A stretch of 64,000 nt of DNA. Origin: an uncultured bacterium. Its GTDB lineage: Bacteria > Verrucomicrobiota > Verrucomicrobiia > Verrucomicrobiales > DEV007. Below, piece by piece: positions 11,003-20,514 of this stretch (position 1 is its first letter; each line of letters opens with the position of its first letter). The notes beneath the pieces were generated by a model that was not told the DNA's origin, made no database searches, and was given only the letters and a program-made list of their open reading frames with translations. Location: positions 429,853-493,852 of the forward strand of contig CAXBMO010000002.1 of assembly GCA_963977015.1 (NCBI GenBank), given 5' to 3'. The position numbers and the translations under genes are program-made.

Positions 11003-14000
11003 TCATCCCTCCATCAACTTCGCTTCGCGCTCTTTAAACTGCTTCGCGGTCATGGTGATGACTTGGGAGCGATTTTCGTTCTTCGTCACGAGAAGGTATT
11101 GCTCGACGAAGGGCTCCGTCACTTTTGCTTTGGCATCAAAAGGGGCGACGATGAGGAGTTGGAGGCCAAATTTTTCGAACAACTGCATCGCGTAAGTGGC
11201 GTAGCGGTCATCGACCTTGGAGAACATCTCATCGACCACGACAAAGTGGAAGCGATCGCTGCTCGCTGCGTCGGGCGAGATATCAAACTGATAGACCACT
11301 GCGGCCACCAAGATCGTGAAGGCCAGCTTCGCCTTCTCCCCCCCGGATTGTCCTTGGCTGTCCGTATAATAGCTATGTTGCTCATTGGTCTCCGGGTCGA
11401 AGACACGCACGGCAAAATCGTACCACCGGCGGACATCCGTTACCTTCTCCCGCCAGCGAGGTTCCTCGCGCAATCGGACAATCATCTCCTGAGTGCGCTC
11501 GAAGGCGGCCTCAAAGGCCTCCAACGTCCCCTCATAGGTATTGCTGAGATACCCCCGGAGTTGAGCCCGAAAATCGACAATTTCCTGATCGCGGGTGTCG
11601 AGCGGTTCCAAACGCAACACGGTGTCTGGGTTCTTACTATACTCAATCTCAACGAGGTAACGATTCAGTTGTTCGATGCGCTCCACAATCTCTCCCGCCT
11701 CGTTCCGCAACATCGCATCAAATTGCCCAATCTCGCTGACCACATTGCCGGTGAAGTAGTCGCGGAAACGTTTTTCGTGTACCGGGAGATCCTCCTCAAT
11801 GAGACGCTCGCGCTCTTTGAGGAAATCCGCGATGTAGGCGGGGGCGGCTTGCAACTGAGTTTCGAACTCGGGATGATCGCGCAAAAAATGATTCATCGCC
11901 GCGTTAACCTTTTGTTCCAAAGGATCGATCTCGGCGCGCAAAGTGTTGATCTCACGGTTCACAACAGACTTGTAGGTGGCTTCGGTAGTGAAGACGCTGG
12001 TTTCATCGAGCGGCAGCATCGCGAGCTCGCCCAACTGCCGCGCCACAGCATCAAAGAGTGCTTCGGCTGGGTCCCAATTGCCCTCGTCTTTGGCGAGAAA
12101 AATTTTGGTTTCAGCGCGCTGTATGTGGCGACTGGCTTCCTCGATATTCCCTTCCACCTTGCCAATCAGTTTCGTCAGTTCTTCGATCTTGCTGTCACAA
12201 GAGAGCTTGGCCTTTTCTGCGGTGGCAAGTTCTTCCTTGAGCCCCACGACAACTTCGCTGGCCCGCTCCAGACGCTCTTTTTCTTCGGTTAACGCGGCAA
12301 TGGCGGCTTCTTCCACGGCGGTGTCGATGTCCTCAAACGCGGCGGTGCTGAGGGCGCCGCGAATCCCGTCGTAACGCGAACGCAGTCGGTCTTCCAGCTT
12401 GCGAACCCGTTCGATTTCCGCGCTTAGTTGAGCGAGTTCATCCGCGCGTTGCTTGTAGTCTTGACGCAAAAGCGTGAGTTTAGCCTGGTTATCCCAGCCC
12501 AAGACATAAAAACGTGGATCAGCAACCCGCTCGCGGTCATCTTTCTCGTGCCGATCACCTTTAAACTTGAGCTGACGCTGTGCAGTTAAGGCAGGTGGGT
12601 TCGCGTTTTGGAATTCTTCCAGTGATTCGCAACATCCAATATCGAAGCGTCGTGCAATCTCGCTCTGCACCCATCCAATGAGGGGATGATCCGCCTTGAA
12701 ATCCAGTTTGTGCCAGAGTGAACGGGAGCCTGGATCGCGTTGCGCAAGTTCCCAAGAACTTTCTTCACCGATCTTCTGATAGACCAATTTTTGGCCCTTC
12801 CCCCGCCCGTCTCGGAGCCGGGTTTGGTTGCAGTAGCGACTGACGGCTTTGTATTGTTGGATGGGGACCAACATGCTCAACCCAAAATTGCGCAAGACCA
12901 TCTCGACGGCGCTTTCCCAGGCGCGTTCCTTCGGCTTTACGGCGAGGAGTTCCGCGACGAAGGGCAGATGGCCCGGATCGATATGGAGATCGTGGCACAG
13001 TTGCTCGCGTAGTTCGACGAAGGCGCTCGGAAGATTGTAGGGACGGGCGGAGAGCAGTTGGATTTCCTTGGCCAGTTCCTCATTCTGATCGGTCAGATTC
13101 TTGCGGCGGAGGCCGAGGTCTGCGCGGGCATCGCCTGCCGCGTCCAACTCAGCCTGAACCTGGCGTTGCTGCGTAGTGAGGCCGCGACGCATCTCGGCGA
13201 ACGCGTTGGCGTCCTTCACGCGGGTTTCGAATCCAGCCTGGCGAAGCGCGTCCTGGTAGCGACGTTCCTCGCGTTTTTTCGCTTCCAAGCGGGTGGAGTG
13301 CTGACCTATCAACGGCGGGATTTCACGAAGCCGGGCACCTCCGGCGTTCTCAATATCGTTACGCAATTTGCGGATGCGCTCTTCAGCTTCTTCCCGCTGT
13401 CGTTTGGAGATGACGAGGCGGTTGTTGGCTCCGGCCAAATCCTCGTCCCATGCTTCCCGTTTGGCTCCGAGAATCTCGACGGTTTGATGGCGAAAAAACA
13501 GATCGCTCGCCTCCAGCAAGGCATTGCGCTCGTCGTATCGAGCCCGAAGCTCCATGCATTGCTCGCCAAACTCCGCCACGGGTTCGAGCGCTTCCAATTG
13601 CTTGCGCGCCTTGACCAGGGAATCGTGTGCGCTGCTGAGTTTATCAAAGTGGCCAAGCACTTCCTGGATGCGGCCATCGCGCCATTTGGGAGGCTCCAGC
13701 ATGTGGCTGCGGATAAAGTCGTTGAGGCTGCGAATATCTTTGACCGACACCGTTTGGTTCAAGACATCCATGGCGCGCGAGCGCATCTTGGTCGTCTTGG
13801 CCAGCCAGCCCTGATACTCCTTAAACGAACTGGTGACCTTAAAGCGGCGTGCCCGCAATTGCTTGCGCACTTGGTCCAGGGATTCGATATGCTGGAAGTC
13901 GCCCTTAATGCTGCGTTCGCCTTCGCTATAGCAATAGATTTTCTCGGTCTTGCGGTTGGCGTTGAGATAGAAGAATTGCGCGATGGTGACGCCTTTGTCG

Positions 14001-14389
14001 AGATCCTCGTTGTAGAAGTAGCCCAGGAGAATGCTGGAATGTCGCCCGTCGGAGCGCAAGTGAAGGGTCTTGGCCTTGTTATCGCTTTCCTGGCTTCCGT
14101 GATCGTAAGCTCCCAGAAAGTAGGATTCCGGAGTTCTTGCGCCTTTCTTTCCCGTCGATCCTGCCGCTTCGTTATACCGTCGAATTTGGGCCGGGACGAG
14201 CAGCGTTAAGAGTGAATCGACCAAGGTGGATTTGCCCGAGCCATTCAAGCCAATGAGGAGGGAGGTTTTTCCCTTGGGCTCGATGCGGTGAACCACTCCC
14301 TGCGTCGAGTCGAAGGTGCCCCAGTTCAACACCTCCAACTTGTGAAGGCGAAACCCGGGCAACATAGGGGCCTGGAAAAGATCGTGCAT
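11003..14389 (-). CDS. jetC: Wadjet SMC-like ATPase JetC
   Basis: FRLHKLEVLNWGTF, Walker A GLNGSGKST, long coiled coils, signature QSGGEKAKLA, Walker B FVVVDEMF. Confidence 0.95.
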   Translation of the reverse strand: MHDLFQAPMLPGFRLHKLEVLNWGTFDSTQGVVHRIEPKGKTSLLIGLNGSGKSTLVDSLLTLLVPAQIRRYNEAAGSTGKKGARTPESYFLGAYDHGSQESDNKAKTLHLRSDGRHSSILLGYFYNEDLDKGVTIAQFFYLNANRKTEKIYCYSEGERSIKGDFQHIESLDQVRKQLRARRFKVTSSFKEYQGWLAKTTKMRSRAMDVLNQTVSVKDIRSLNDFIRSHMLEPPKWRDGRIQEVLGHFDKLSSAHDSLVKARKQLEALEPVAEFGEQCMELRARYDERNALLEASDLFFRHQTVEILGAKREAWDEDLAGANNRLVISKRQREEAEERIRKLRNDIENAGGARLREIPPLIGQHSTRLEAKKREERRYQDALRQAGFETRVKDANAFAEMRRGLTTQQRQVQAELDAAGDARADLGLRRKNLTDQNEELAKEIQLLSARPYNLPSAFVELREQLCHDLHIDPGHLPFVAELLAVKPKERAWESAVEMVLRNFGLSMLVPIQQYKAVSRYCNQTRLRDGRGKGQKLVYQKIGEESSWELAQRDPGSRSLWHKLDFKADHPLIGWVQSEIARRFDIGCCESLEEFQNANPPALTAQRQLKFKGDRHEKDDRERVADPRFYVLGWDNQAKLTLLRQDYKQRADELAQLSAEIERVRKLEDRLRSRYDGIRGALSTAAFEDIDTAVEEAAIAALTEEKERLERASEVVVGLKEELATAEKAKLSCDSKIEELTKLIGKVEGNIEEASRHIQRAETKIFLAKDEGNWDPAEALFDAVARQLGELAMLPLDETSVFTTEATYKSVVNREINTLRAEIDPLEQKVNAAMNHFLRDHPEFETQLQAAPAYIADFLKERERLIEEDLPVHEKRFRDYFTGNVVSEIGQFDAMLRNEAGEIVERIEQLNRYLVEIEYSKNPDTVLRLEPLDTRDQEIVDFRAQLRGYLSNTYEGTLEAFEAAFERTQEMIVRLREEPRWREKVTDVRRWYDFAVRVFDPETNEQHSYYTDSQGQSGGEKAKLAFTILVAAVVYQFDISPDAASSDRFHFVVVDEMFSKVDDRYATYAMQLFEKFGLQLLIVAPFDAKAKVTEPFVEQYLLVTKNENRSQVITMTAKQFKEREAKLMEG

Positions 14390-14455
14390 CGTGTCCTGTT
14401 AGGATCAATCGACGAAGGTTCGCGCTCGGGCAAGATGAAGTTTTCGGAGGTCGCC

Positions 14456-15115
14456 CTAATCTTCCGGCGTTTCGCCCGGTGCCTTTTTTTGCTGGTGAGC
14501 GAGCAGCTTCGCCTTCATTTGTTCCATCTGTTCCAGACTAAAACGCGCTTTCAAGATAGGCCGGACGAGATAGGCTGGTGGTTCCTGGTTCAGCTTTTTG
14601 GCGAAGCCAAATTCCGTGATGCGCTTGAGTGCGGGGGCGAACTTGGCTTTGAGCCGCTTTTCGTCGTGGACCGTGCCAAAGAAGCCGAGGTAGGCGGCGA
14701 AGAGGTTTTCCTCACTGACGACGCATTTGGTCGAGTGAAGTTCCTCGTCTTCAAACCGACAGATTTCAGCGCGAAGCAGTAGGCAAAGGAGGGTTTGCTC
14801 ATAGGTCATGCGAACGGTGCGCATGAGGCGAGGGAGGTTCTCATACCCTTCTTCCTCCTCTTCTTCGGCCAGTTGGCGAACGTAGGCATAGCCGTCATCC
14901 TCCGCAATCACAAGGCGCAAACCAAAGGTGGCGAACAGGTCTTCGAGCCGGGTTTGGTGGCTGAGGGTGAGATCCCAAGCGGGTGCTTCGTCAGAGTAGA
15001 CGACCCCGCTCCGCAAAAGGCATACGGCAGCGAAATTGGCGTGGTGATACTCGGGGAGATCGTTGGTCATGGTTGGTGGAGATGGGGGGGTGAAACTTGC
15101 AGAGGGGTAGCGCAT
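14456..15115 (-). CDS. jetB: Wadjet KITE subunit JetB (DUF4194); start may be 15070
   Basis: GLRLVIAEDDGYAYVRQ, LPRLMR..RMTYEQTLLCLLLR, YLVRPILKA; lies between jetA and jetC. Confidence 0.9.
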   Translation of the reverse strand: MRYPSASFTPPSPPTMTNDLPEYHHANFAAVCLLRSGVVYSDEAPAWDLTLSHQTRLEDLFATFGLRLVIAEDDGYAYVRQLAEEEEEEGYENLPRLMRTVRMTYEQTLLCLLLRAEICRFEDEELHSTKCVVSEENLFAAYLGFFGTVHDEKRLKAKFAPALKRITEFGFAKKLNQEPPAYLVRPILKARFSLEQMEQMKAKLLAHQQKKAPGETPED

Positions 15116-16582
15116 TCAAAGGGTTTCCGTTTTGCGGAAGATGACGCGGGGAATCGTAAGAATGCGTTTGCCATGGAAAAGTTCGCCCGGTGGAAGCTCG
15201 ACTTCTTCTTGCTCATCGGGCTTGACGATGTGGCCGTCGTCTTGGGCGATTTGAACGTAGGCCAGAACTTCGACCGCTCCGGATTTCGGCGGATTTTCCT
15301 GAAGGAGACGCGGGAGTGAAGCGGCTTCGTCTCGTTGAGTGAGGTGGCGGATCTTGCTGCGCATGTCGCTCCAGTCGAGACGGCGCATTTGGACGAAGAG
15401 GTCGAATTCCGCATCGGCCAGCTCGGTGGAGCCAGTCGCGTCGGACACGCTGAGCCGGTTGATGGTTGGCGGCTCAGACCACATTTCTCGCGACATCGGT
15501 GTCTGGAATTCGGGTTTGATCTCAACCTCGATACTGAATTCCTCGCCCGGTGGTTGGTCAGCATTGGCGACGACGAGAGCCTGAATTTCGCCAATCAACT
15601 CGGTCAACTTTCTTCGCTCGGCTGCGACCTGGGTATCGAGAAAGCGGCGAATGGTCCCGGAAAGGCGCTGCACGGTCCTCATGACTTGATTGGCTTGAGC
15701 GGTGAGAGCCGGCATCATCTGGCGAAGGGCTTCTTTGCCCTGTTCGTTGGCTCCTAAGGCGGCGATACGCCGGACTTCATCAATCAACTCGCGCACATAG
15801 TCCTGATGTTGCGGGTTGAAGAATTGGTTGCGAAATTCGTAGAAGCTGACCCCGGCATCGCTTTCGCGAAGGGCGTCTTCCTCATCCAGGACAAAACCGA
15901 GCAAACCGCCCTTGTTGAGTTCGCCCCCGTGATGCTGGCTTTGCACGGACTGCGTGATGCTGCGGAAGTCTTCTTCGACTTGGCGAAAATCGCTGAGCAC
16001 ACGGCGGAGCAGCTCGATGGCGAAGTGGAAATCTTCGCGGATGCGAGCATCGTGACGCGGAGCGGCTTCGCCGGTTTGGATGATGGTGTCGATCTCCCTT
16101 TGAAGGCGGTCGCGCTCGGCTTGGAGGGTTTCAATGCGTTTGTCGGTGTCGTCGCTGGCGTAGGTGGAAATCTCGCGAAGTTTGTCGATGATGGTGCGGA
16201 TTCGGCTCTCGGTTCCGGCGACCTGGGCTTGCCGGTCGAGGGTTTCCTGGACGAAACGCAAGGCCGTCTCCGTTGCGGGCATGAGCTGGTAGTGCGGTTG
16301 CTCCCCTTCCTGGTAGAAACGTTGAAGGTAGCGTTTTTCCTTCCCGCACCAGTCATTGAGATAAAAGGTCGCGTCCTGCTCCATCGTACCAAGATAGGAT
16401 TCCCGGACCATCTCCTGATAATCGATCAACTCGGTGAGTAGACGTTCGTGGTCGATCGCGATTTCGTCGCTGCGTTTGAAGGCGCGATCGAAAAAGTCGA
16501 GCACAAAGGGGGCCATGGGCGACCTCAGCAAAGCGATGGTTGGCGAATTTTTGAAGAATTCGTTGAGGTCGGACAATTCCAT
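15116..16582 (-). CDS. jetA: Wadjet kleisin JetA (DUF3375)
   Basis: PTIALLRSPMAP, YLNDWC, GTESRIRTI, DFRQVEEDFR, SDAGVSFYEF, C-terminal IPRVIF; start taken at ATG 16582. Confidence 0.9.
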   Translation of the reverse strand: MELSDLNEFFKNSPTIALLRSPMAPFVLDFFDRAFKRSDEIAIDHERLLTELIDYQEMVRESYLGTMEQDATFYLNDWCGKEKRYLQRFYQEGEQPHYQLMPATETALRFVQETLDRQAQVAGTESRIRTIIDKLREISTYASDDTDKRIETLQAERDRLQREIDTIIQTGEAAPRHDARIREDFHFAIELLRRVLSDFRQVEEDFRSITQSVQSQHHGGELNKGGLLGFVLDEEDALRESDAGVSFYEFRNQFFNPQHQDYVRELIDEVRRIAALGANEQGKEALRQMMPALTAQANQVMRTVQRLSGTIRRFLDTQVAAERRKLTELIGEIQALVVANADQPPGEEFSIEVEIKPEFQTPMSREMWSEPPTINRLSVSDATGSTELADAEFDLFVQMRRLDWSDMRSKIRHLTQRDEAASLPRLLQENPPKSGAVEVLAYVQIAQDDGHIVKPDEQEEVELPPGELFHGKRILTIPRVIFRKTETL

Positions 16583-16725
16583 GGAACGACCCATATACCG
16601 GGGCAAAGAGGGCGGCAAGAGCAGCAAAGAAGCTTACTCGCCAAAAAGCCTAGGCCGTCGCTTGCGTGAGCCGCCAAAATAGCGATTTACGGACGACCGA
16701 TTCGCCGCTTACGGTGACGAAATTC

Positions 16726-19014
16726 ATGGCGACTGCTTACAAATGCCCCGTATGCCTGTGGACCAGCCATCAAGGCAAGGTAACGGCTCGGTTAATTGAT
16801 GATTTCGAGGAGGGAATCGCGGTGGGAGAAACGAAGAAGGAGGCGATGGAGCAACTGCGTGAGTATTTGATTTATCGCTCGAAGAAGGATGATTTTTTCT
16901 GGCTGGATCCGGATTTTGATGACCCGGAGATTCGCCAGGTGCGGGTAAGGGTGGTGCCGGAGTATCACGACAATACACGGCGTTTCCCGTGCAAGGAGCC
17001 GATTTTGCTGAAGTTGCCGTGTGCGATCGGGCAGCGGTCGACCGGGCTGTGGGCGGCGTGTTTCCCGACCTTGGATCTGTATTTCGATTTTTACGACAAG
17101 GAGCGCTTCAATGAGCTGGCGAATCATTATGCGAAGCACACGCTGAGTGAGTTGACGCCGAAGGAGTTGTCGCGATTTCTGCCGCCGGCGGATTGCGAGA
17201 TCGATTACCTGAACGTGACGTTGAAGGAGCAGACAGTGAAGTACGAGGAGAGCCAGGAGACGCCCAACCTGCTGCATGTGGCTGACCCGATTGGGAAGCG
17301 GACGCTGGGGCGGATCAGCCGTGCGTGGGAGCGCGACCAGGAGGTGGCTGAGCTGGCAAAGACGCTGCAGGAGGAGGGAACGAATGTGTGCCTGGTGGGC
17401 GCAAGCGGTTGCGGGAAGACGAGTGTGTTGGTGGAGGCGGCGCGGAAGGTGGGGCGCGACAACGAGGAGAAGTCGAACGCGCCACGGTTCTGGATGAGTA
17501 GTGCGGCGCGACTGATCGCGGGGATGCGATACCTGGGGCAATGGGAGGAGCGGTGTGAGGCGGCGGTGCGCGAGATTTCGAACTTGCGCGGGGTGCTGTG
17601 CGTGGAGAATCTGCTGGATTTGTTGAACGTCGGTGGCTCCGGGCCGGAAAGCAGCGTGGGGGCGTTTCTGGTGCCGTATTTGAAGAGCGGGGAGTTGCGA
17701 CTGGTGGCGGAGGCGACGCCGCAGGAGGTGGAGGCTTGCGACCGCCTTCTTCCCGGGTTGATCGATGAAATGCAGGTTTTGAAGATCGAGCCTTTTGAGC
17801 CCCGGGGCGCGCTTTCGGTGCTGGGCCAGGCGGGCGATTACTTTACCCAGAACGAGCGAATCCAGTTTGCGCGTTCGATTTCGGATGAGGTTTACCACTT
17901 GTTTCGACGGTTCCAGCCTTATGTGGCGTTTCCCGGCAAGGCGATCCAACTAATGAGTTCGGTGGTGGATCACAAGTTGCAGGAGAAGGGGGCTGAGGCG
18001 GTGGAGTTGAACGATGTGCGCCACGAGTTCAGCCTGCAGACAGGATTGCCGGACTTGTTTTTGCGCGAAGACCTTCCGCTCCCCTACGAGGATCTGATCG
18101 ATACGTTTTCGACGAGCCTGCTTGGTCAGGACATGGCCGTGCGCCAGGTAAGCCGGACGATTGCCAAGTTTAAGGCGGGGATGAACGATCCCGGGCGTCC
18201 CATTGGAGTGATGCTTTTTGCCGGGCCAACGGGTGTCGGGAAGACGCAGATGGTGAAGTTGATTGGCGACTTTCTCTTCAGCAACAAACCGGCGAAGGAT
18301 CGCTTGGTGCGGCTGGACATGAGTGAATACAGCGGTCCCGACGCCGCGGAGCGGTTGATTGGCAATGTGGTGGGTCGCCCCAGTGAGTTGGTCCAGAAAA
18401 TTCGGGCAAATCCGTTTTCCGTCGTGTTGCTGGATGAGATCGAGAAAGCGTCCAACGAGGTGTTTGATGTGCTCATGAACGTGTTTGATGAGGGAAGGCT
18501 GACTGATCCGTTGGGGCGGGTGACGGCGTTTAACAGCACCATCATCATCATGACGAGCAACCTCGGCGCGACGAGTTCCGGCGACTTGGGTTTCGGGAGT
18601 GGCGATTCCAATGACGAAGCTCCGCCAACTCGCACGGACCCAGCCAAGGTGCGGGAGTTTTTCCGGCCCGAGTTTTTCAACCGGATCGATCACGTGGTCT
18701 TCTTCAATGCGTTGGGCAAATCCACGATTCTGGCCATCACACGTCTTGAGCTGGCGCAGATTTCACGCAGGGAGGGATTCATCGATCGTGAGTTGACGTT
18801 GAAATTTGAGGAACCCTTGCTCAAAGCGATCGCCAGCGAAGGTTTCGACCCGGTTTACGGCGCGCGGCCGCTGCAACGCGCGGTGGAGGAAAAAGTGGTG
18901 ATGCCGCTTTCGCGTCTCCTGGTGGAAAACGCCAAGCTGAGAAAAGAAACCCTGACCTTGAATTGGGACTCGGCCACCCAATCAATGACGATCGAAAGCG
19001 AGCAACCAACTTAG
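16726..19014 (+). CDS. Atypical Clp/Hsp100-like double-AAA+ ATPase with HicB-like N-terminal domains
   Basis: NBD1 GASGCGKT with degenerate Walker B (LCVEN); NBD2 GPTGVGKT, RLDMSEY, LLDEIEKA, MTSNLG, FRPEFFNRID, GARPLQR. Confidence 0.88.
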   Translation: MATAYKCPVCLWTSHQGKVTARLIDDFEEGIAVGETKKEAMEQLREYLIYRSKKDDFFWLDPDFDDPEIRQVRVRVVPEYHDNTRRFPCKEPILLKLPCAIGQRSTGLWAACFPTLDLYFDFYDKERFNELANHYAKHTLSELTPKELSRFLPPADCEIDYLNVTLKEQTVKYEESQETPNLLHVADPIGKRTLGRISRAWERDQEVAELAKTLQEEGTNVCLVGASGCGKTSVLVEAARKVGRDNEEKSNAPRFWMSSAARLIAGMRYLGQWEERCEAAVREISNLRGVLCVENLLDLLNVGGSGPESSVGAFLVPYLKSGELRLVAEATPQEVEACDRLLPGLIDEMQVLKIEPFEPRGALSVLGQAGDYFTQNERIQFARSISDEVYHLFRRFQPYVAFPGKAIQLMSSVVDHKLQEKGAEAVELNDVRHEFSLQTGLPDLFLREDLPLPYEDLIDTFSTSLLGQDMAVRQVSRTIAKFKAGMNDPGRPIGVMLFAGPTGVGKTQMVKLIGDFLFSNKPAKDRLVRLDMSEYSGPDAAERLIGNVVGRPSELVQKIRANPFSVVLLDEIEKASNEVFDVLMNVFDEGRLTDPLGRVTAFNSTIIIMTSNLGATSSGDLGFGSGDSNDEAPPTRTDPAKVREFFRPEFFNRIDHVVFFNALGKSTILAITRLELAQISRREGFIDRELTLKFEEPLLKAIASEGFDPVYGARPLQRAVEEKVVMPLSRLLVENAKLRKETLTLNWDSATQSMTIESEQPT

Positions 19015-19043
19015 AGCCGTTTCAGTGATCCACTTCAAACGCT

Positions 19044-19502
19044 CTAAAACTCGGTTTCGCGCATCCATTTCTCGAAGAGTTCCTCACGCTTCGCGCGATC
19101 TTCGGCTTCCTCCACCTCGTCCATGTCACGGCGATCTTTCTTGGTCGGTCGCCCTTTGCCGTCCCCTCGTTTGGGAGCTTCGGCGACCATTGAGGCTCGT
19201 TCTCTGGCGGCCTGGATCTCTTCTTCCGGCGTCAGATCTTCGCAAAAGTCCGGCACCAGTTTGGCGCCAACCCGACGGCTGAGAAGGCCGGCGACTTTGA
19301 GCTGAATGGTCAGGAAACGCCGCTTCACCGAAATCTCATCGCCAACGCGAACCAACCGGGAAGGCTTCACCTGATGATCCAGAATCCGAACGTTTCCCTT
19401 TCGGCAAGCCTGAGCCGCGAGATTGCGGGTTTTGAAAACACGGACGCTCCACAACCAGATGTCGAGGCGGACGGAATCACTCTCTTGATGGGAATCAGAC
19501 AT
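19044..19502 (-). CDS. hslR: Hsp15 / S4-domain ribosome-associated heat-shock protein
   Basis: VRLDIWLWSVRVFKTRNLA, KPSRLVRVGD, GRPTKKDRR. Confidence 0.9.
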   Translation of the reverse strand: MSDSHQESDSVRLDIWLWSVRVFKTRNLAAQACRKGNVRILDHQVKPSRLVRVGDEISVKRRFLTIQLKVAGLLSRRVGAKLVPDFCEDLTPEEEIQAARERASMVAEAPKRGDGKGRPTKKDRRDMDEVEEAEDRAKREELFEKWMRETEF

Positions 19503-19606
19503 TCTTCGCCACGGGAATGATGCCTCACCGCCGCCCTAGCATCAAAACAAAAAACCAGACAATTTCAGCTTTTGTGGCGAATTTCATAAAAAACATAATT
19601 TCAGTC

Positions 19607-19634
19607 TTGCGTTTATTTTGGAGTTCCGTAATAT
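19607..19634 (+). promoter_or_regulatory. Candidate sigma70 promoter of the ParA-like gene
   Basis: TTGCGT-N16-TAATAT in an AT-rich divergent intergenic region. Confidence 0.35.
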
Positions 19635-19659
19635 CAAGATATCCTCCAAACGGACCTCC

Positions 19660-20394
19660 ATGAAGAAGCTCATACTTGTCATTAACGATCACGCTGAAGT
19701 TGGGAAGACCAGCACAAGCTCCGCCCTCGCTGGTTATCTCAAGAGCCAAGGCATCAAATCCACCTACGTGGGAATCGTCGGAAACAGCGGCGAATCTGGT
19801 GCTGACGAAGCCAACTACGACGCCACGTGGAACATCATTGAAGACAGCAAGTTGAAACGCCTCTATGGGTTCTTCGAAGGTGTTGACGCCGTTGTCTTCG
19901 ACGTCGAAACCGGCAACTCCGCTGCCTTTGTCGATCTCTACGAGAAGCACGATCTGGATATGGAGTTGGGCGAAATGGACATTGATCTTACGATCGTGAC
20001 TCCGGAAGTGGAAGAAGCAGCTTGCCATGAGGAACTGATCCACCTCACCGATATTTTCTCAGACAAGGCCGACTACATTGTTGCCCGCGTTCCGCTTGAT
20101 GAATTTTCGAGCCGCCTGGAGGCATGGGAAGACTCTGAAGCTAGCGACGTCATGGATTACCTGGGTGCCGCAGTGGTGGAGATTCCCCGTGTGACGGATG
20201 ACATGCAGGAGACTCTTGATTCTCATGGATTGAGCATCGCCAATGCCATCAGCGGAAGCATCGACGTTCTGCCCGACACGGTCGCAGAAGTCATGGAAGC
20301 CTGGAAACGCGACTTCAATCTCCACATTGAGGAAGCCGTCGACTTTTTACACGCTGGATATGGGCGTCGCGGTTTGAAACTGGCCGCAGGGTAG
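19660..20394 (+). CDS. Divergent ParA/MinD-like P-loop protein
   Basis: MKKLILVINDHAEVGKTS (deviant Walker A lacking KGG), AVVFDV Walker B-like. Confidence 0.65.
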   Translation: MKKLILVINDHAEVGKTSTSSALAGYLKSQGIKSTYVGIVGNSGESGADEANYDATWNIIEDSKLKRLYGFFEGVDAVVFDVETGNSAAFVDLYEKHDLDMELGEMDIDLTIVTPEVEEAACHEELIHLTDIFSDKADYIVARVPLDEFSSRLEAWEDSEASDVMDYLGAAVVEIPRVTDDMQETLDSHGLSIANAISGSIDVLPDTVAEVMEAWKRDFNLHIEEAVDFLHAGYGRRGLKLAAG

Positions 20395-20456
20395 TCATCA
20401 GGATTTTTGTTGGTTGTTGATAGATTGGTTTTCGCACAAGCCAATCCAATTGTGGA

Positions 20457-20499
20457 AACCCCGTCGCGTCTTGCCACAGCGCGGCGGGGTTCTTCTTTT
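20457..20499 (+). terminator. Rho-independent terminator between convergent genes
   Basis: AACCCCGTCGCG / CGCGGCGGGGTT stem (one G-U pair) followed by CTTCTTTT. Confidence 0.7.
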
Positions 20500-20514
20500 C
20501 AGGCGAAGAGCCAC

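Noticed and set aside
10874-14209. Long plus-strand ORFs (472 and 383 aa) inside jetC, and similar antisense ORFs over the Clp-like genes, xseA, topB and hydrolases
   Set aside because: Expected stop-poor antisense frames in GC-rich coding DNA; no independent motifs
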